From an uncultured Verrucomicrobiae bacterium (GTDB lineage: Bacteria; Verrucomicrobiota; Verrucomicrobiia; Chthoniobacterales; Chthoniobacteraceae): a DNA stretch of 64,000 nucleotides. The stretch spans positions 64,001-128,000 of the forward strand of contig CAWHEP010000005.1 in assembly GCA_963828525.1 (NCBI GenBank), written 5' to 3'. Position 1 is the stretch's first letter, and each line of letters starts with the position of its first letter. Both the position numbers and the translations under genes were made by a program. This document shows, piece by piece, positions 60,305-64,000 of this stretch. The notes under the pieces are model-generated. The model was given only the letters and a program-made list of their open reading frames with translations, was not told the origin of the DNA and made no database searches.

Positions 60305-61573
60305 TTAGCGAAGCGTCCCGGCGTCGCCTAGCAACCCGCGCAAGTTCTCCATCAACTCTGCCGCGGGCAGCCGCCGTTCCTCGCGAGTTGCGAGATTCTT
60401 GATTTTCACTTCCGGCCATTCATCGCCATACAATACCGCCAGCCCTGCTCCGGCTTGTTCCGCGCTTTGGAACTGCTTGCCCACCTTCGAGGGGGCAAGC
60501 GGATACTGAACCCGGTAGCCCGCTTCGCGCATCTTCTGGGTTCCCGCCATCGCGTCGCTCCGCCGCTCTTCTTGCGCGATTACAACGAAGATTTCCGCGC
60601 CCGCTTCGCTCCATTGATCCCTGAGCGCGCTGGCCCGCGGTGTTGCGGCGATCAACTCTCCGAGAACCACATCTCCCATCCCGAACCCGAGAGCGGGCAT
60701 GCTGACCGAGCCGTCACTCATATCACGCAAGAGGTTGTCATACCGGCCTCCTCCTGCCATGCGCTCGCAACTTTTTGCCGCGGTCAAAAACCTCGAACAC
60801 CAGCCCCGTATAATACGCGAGACCCCGGACGATCATGGGATCGAATTGGTAGTAGCCCTCCATCCCTCGCGCGCGCAGATCGTCTGCAAGTTGGTTGAAG
60901 CGCTCGAAATGCTCGCCGGGCCGCGCGATGAATCCCCGCGCCTCCTCGAGCGTAACGCCAAATTCGCTAAGCTTGGCCTCAATAACGTTCGGGGCCTCTC
61001 GCTCCATTTTGTCGATCACTTGCAGGAATGGCCCTCCGCGCTCAACGGGATCGACACCTTTCGCGGTTAAGAAGGAGAACCAGGCATTTCGGTCGCTTAA
61101 CCGGACAACAAAATCCTTCTCGGTGAAACCGAATTCGCGCAGGAGATCGATGGTCAGCGCGATCATCTCCGCGTCCGCGGAAATGGATGATTCCCCAATG
61201 ATGTCGCAGTTTAGTTGATAGAATTCGCGCGACCTGCCTCTTTGCTGCTTCTCGTATCGAAAAAATTGGGAGGCGCTGAACCACTTCAGCGGTTTGCGGA
61301 AATCCCGCTCTCGGGCGACCACCATGCGCGCGAGAGTCGGCGTCATTTCCGGACGCATGGCGACCTCTCGCCCTCCTTTATCCACAAAATCAAAAGCTGA
61401 CCGACGATCTCCCCTCCGCTTTTCTTGCGATACAGTTCTGTGCTCTCGAGAACAGGGCCGTCATACTCTACAAATCCGTAGCGAAGGGCCACGGCGCGCC
61501 AGCGGGAGAGGATGTAGTTGCGCCGCGCGCAGTCCTCCGGATAGAAATCGCGGAAACCGGGTAGTGCCTGCAT
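60305..61573 (-). CDS. hisS: Histidine--tRNA ligase (frameshifts near 61390 and 60770)
   Basis: LPGFRDFYP, RPEMTPT, FRYEKQQRGRSREFYQ, RGLAYYTG, GGGRYD and GFGMG. Confidence 0.93.
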
Positions 61574-61665
61574 ATCGAGCCACGCACTTTACGCGGGGCA
61601 TAGCCTGATGCACTACTTCTTTCTGCGCGACGGGCCGACCGCGCCGCGAGGTTCGCGTCCAGAGC

Positions 61666-62716
61666 ATGCTTTCAACACTCAAGCTCAGGCAGTTTCGATG
61701 TTTTGCCTCGATGGACGCGGAGTTTGCTCCCGGCATGACTGTCATCCGTGGCGCGAATGCCCAAGGCAAATCGTCTCTCCTTGAGGCCGTCTGCATTATG
61801 CTGCGCCTGCAGTCTTCCCGCGTTTCTTCGCTCGCCGAAACGATTCGGCACGATGCCGCCGGCTTCCTTCTGGACGGCTGTTTTCACCAAAGTCACCTGC
61901 AGTTCTTCTTTAGTCCAAAGCGGAAGAAATTGGCGATCGACTCGGTCGAGCAGCAGTACTGCGAGGGAATACCTGAAGCTGGGTCGGGTCGTATTCTTTT
62001 CGAATCGTGACGCCGACATTGTGCGCGGATCCGCCGAGAAGCGCGCCGCCGGTTCCTGGATTTCTCCGGCCCTCAGGTTGATTCCGGTTACCGCGCTCAG
62101 TTGCGGAACTTCGAAAAGGCGCTCCGCTCTCGTAATATGCTCCTCAAGGAACCGCGCCCGAACCTGAAGCAGATAACCGCATTCGATGTTCCCCTCGCCA
62201 TGGCGGCTGAGTCGATAACGATTGTGAGGCAACGCATCGTCGAGGGATCTGCGGCCCCATGCCGCGCTGGCCCACAGAGCCATCAGCCTGTCAACGGAAA
62301 CCCTCTCGATGCGATACCAGAGTGGCAGCGGCGAAGATTATCGCGCCCGCCTGGAGGAACAGCGTCACGAAGATCTGCGCCTTCGTCAGACGACGGTGGG
62401 GCCGCATCGCGACGAAATCCGCTTCAGTGTCAACGGGAGGGGCGCGGAGTTCGCTTCCGAAGGCCAGCAGCGCACCATGGCAATTTCGCTGAAACTCGCG
62501 CTTGCAAGACTCCTTGCGCAGGAAGGCAGCGCCTCTCCCGTTCTTCTCATCGACGACGTCTTTGGTGAACTTGACTTTGCGCGACGCGGAGCATTTTTAG
62601 GTGAACTGCCCGCCGCCTCGCAAAGGATTATCACGACCACCCACATGGGATGGTTGGAGGCCGACCATAAGCCCCTCATCTATGAATTGGCGGATGGAAA
62701 GCTGCTTGAAGGCTGA
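61666..62716 (+). CDS. recF: DNA replication/repair protein RecF (several frameshifts)
   Basis: FRCF, GANAQGKSSLLEA, GPHRDE, SEGQQRT and LLIDDVFGELD. Confidence 0.9.
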
Positions 62717-62764
62717 TCAGTTGTTTGACACGATGCGTCTGTCGGTTAATGGAAGCTGCGCCAA

Positions 62765-63388
62765 TTGAGGACACTAGAACTTTTCATGCGCTGGCTGCCC
62801 CGGCCTCAAGCCAGGGCTTCTGAGGCGCGAGGTGAGTGGCAAACTGAGGCCCCGCCTCCCCGAGCATGGTGGCTTCTCGCGTTTTGCGCTCTCGCTTTTA
62901 TTCCCACAGCCGCCGCCGCCGCGCCGACCGACGAGATCAAGCCTCCTTTCGGCCTTCAGTGGGGTGAATCTTCCGATCACCTCGAGACGCTGCTCAAGGG
63001 AGTCAAAGCCACAATAGTCGAAAAGCGGGATATGGGTGACAGGGTTGCCTGGACGGTTGAAGGGCTTACGCAGGCGTTCCTGCGCAGGACCATCTTCTAC
63101 TTCAAAACGGGAATGCTTATCGAGGTCGAGTTGCAGTACCAGAACCCGCAATGGGATAACATGAAGTACGACGAATTCATGGGGCAGGTGCGCCAGAGGA
63201 TCGAGCAGAAGTACGGAGCGGGCCAATTGATCGCCCGATCAAAAACCCCGGAGGATGGAAACATCATGCAGACCGTTGTGGGTTATAAGTGGAACCAGAA
63301 CAACACTGCCATCCAGCTTTTCTACTTCTCCGCGGAAAATGCCACCCAGATCTTCCGCACCGTGAGCGTGCATTATAAGACGTATTGA
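62765..63388 (+). CDS. Hypothetical exported protein; start uncertain
   Basis: Hydrophobic/Ala-rich signal followed by PPFGLQWG...; coding-like composition. Confidence 0.65.
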   Translation: MRTLELFMRWLPRPQARASEARGEWQTEAPPPRAWWLLAFCALAFIPTAAAAAPTDEIKPPFGLQWGESSDHLETLLKGVKATIVEKRDMGDRVAWTVEGLTQAFLRRTIFYFKTGMLIEVELQYQNPQWDNMKYDEFMGQVRQRIEQKYGAGQLIARSKTPEDGNIMQTVVGYKWNQNNTAIQLFYFSAENATQIFRTVSVHYKTY

Positions 63389-63422
63389 GGCAGGAACGCC
63401 CCCGTCCAGGCATCCGGAAACT

Positions 63423-63992
63423 TCACTTGCTTGAGCCGCTGCCCTCCCGTTGCATGCGCTTCAGGCGGCTTCCAAGGCTGACTTTTGTCGCCGAATTCAT
63501 CCTGTCGATAAAGAGGATGCCATTCAGGTGATCCACCTCGTGCTGCAGCGCCCGCGCGAGCAGACCTGTCGCCCCGAATTCCACGATGCGACCGTCGAGT
63601 AGTTGCAGAGTCGCCTTCACGTAGGCCGACCGGTCGATGTCCGCCGTGATGTCGTGAAAACTTAGGCATCCCTCCAGTCCGACCTCCTGTTGTTTGCTCA
63701 GCTCCAGCCGCGGGATTCACGAAGATCAGCGGCATCCATTCATCCAGATTCACCGGCTGGCCATTGATCTCCATGGTACTGGGCCGGTCTTCGGACGCGT
63801 TCGAGACATCGACTATCGCGAGTTGCAATGCCGTACCCACCTGCTGGGCTGCCAGTCCCACGCCATTCGCCGCGCGCATGCTCTCCAGCATATCACTCGG
63901 CCAGCTTCTCACCTTGCCCCGTCGATCTCCTTCACGCGCTTTCCCTTCGCCCGCAGCACCGGGTTCCCGTATTGCACAATCTCCAGAATCAT
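63423..63992 (-). CDS. def: Peptide deformylase (frameshifted)
   Basis: MILEIVQYGNPVLRAKG from ATG 63992; GVGLAAQQVG, EGCLS (shifted frame) and QHEVDHLNG. Confidence 0.92.
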
Positions 63993-64000
63993 TTTTTCTC

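Overview
A gene-dense bacterial window of roughly 60% GC (estimated by eye). The gene content suggests Verrucomicrobiota, probably a Chthoniobacterales/Spartobacteria-like soil lineage; this is inferred from the pilin-like cassettes, glutamine synthetase II, BatA-domain protein and REC-kinase-FGE fusion. Many genes, including housekeeping hisS, recF and def, are split by single-base indels, which points to long-read consensus error rather than real decay. In order, the window holds: a beta-helix/GH3 fusion; a three-gene minor-pilin/PilX cassette whose large subunit resembles cyanobacterial HpsA; GT87; NlpC/P60; a degraded methyltransferase; a two-component system with an RND efflux operon containing an RraA-family gene; two convergent paralogous porins; a stand-alone 5'-3' exonuclease; GT4, GT2 and an MsbA-like ABC transporter; a secreted trypsin-like protease with a propeller; an oxidoreductase; a second two-component pair; tRNA-His; BatA; a pilin; a stress cluster (DUF3008, GT4 fusion, GH130, Mn catalase, DUF2892); glnII; a mini-kinase plus PP2C; bcp, pgsA, an SLT, priA; a REC-pseudokinase-FGE-TPR protein; and ftsY-nusB-ribH-ribBA-hisS, recF and def. 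The best candidates for novelty are an unannotated ~93-nt sigma54-promoted small RNA with its own terminator (33518-33611, minus strand), the HpsA-like pilin cassette, twin porins with different upstream operators (Pho-box-like versus Rrf2-like palindrome), and the minimal kinase/PP2C pair beside the sigma54-driven glnII. No CRISPR array, rRNA or mobile element was seen.
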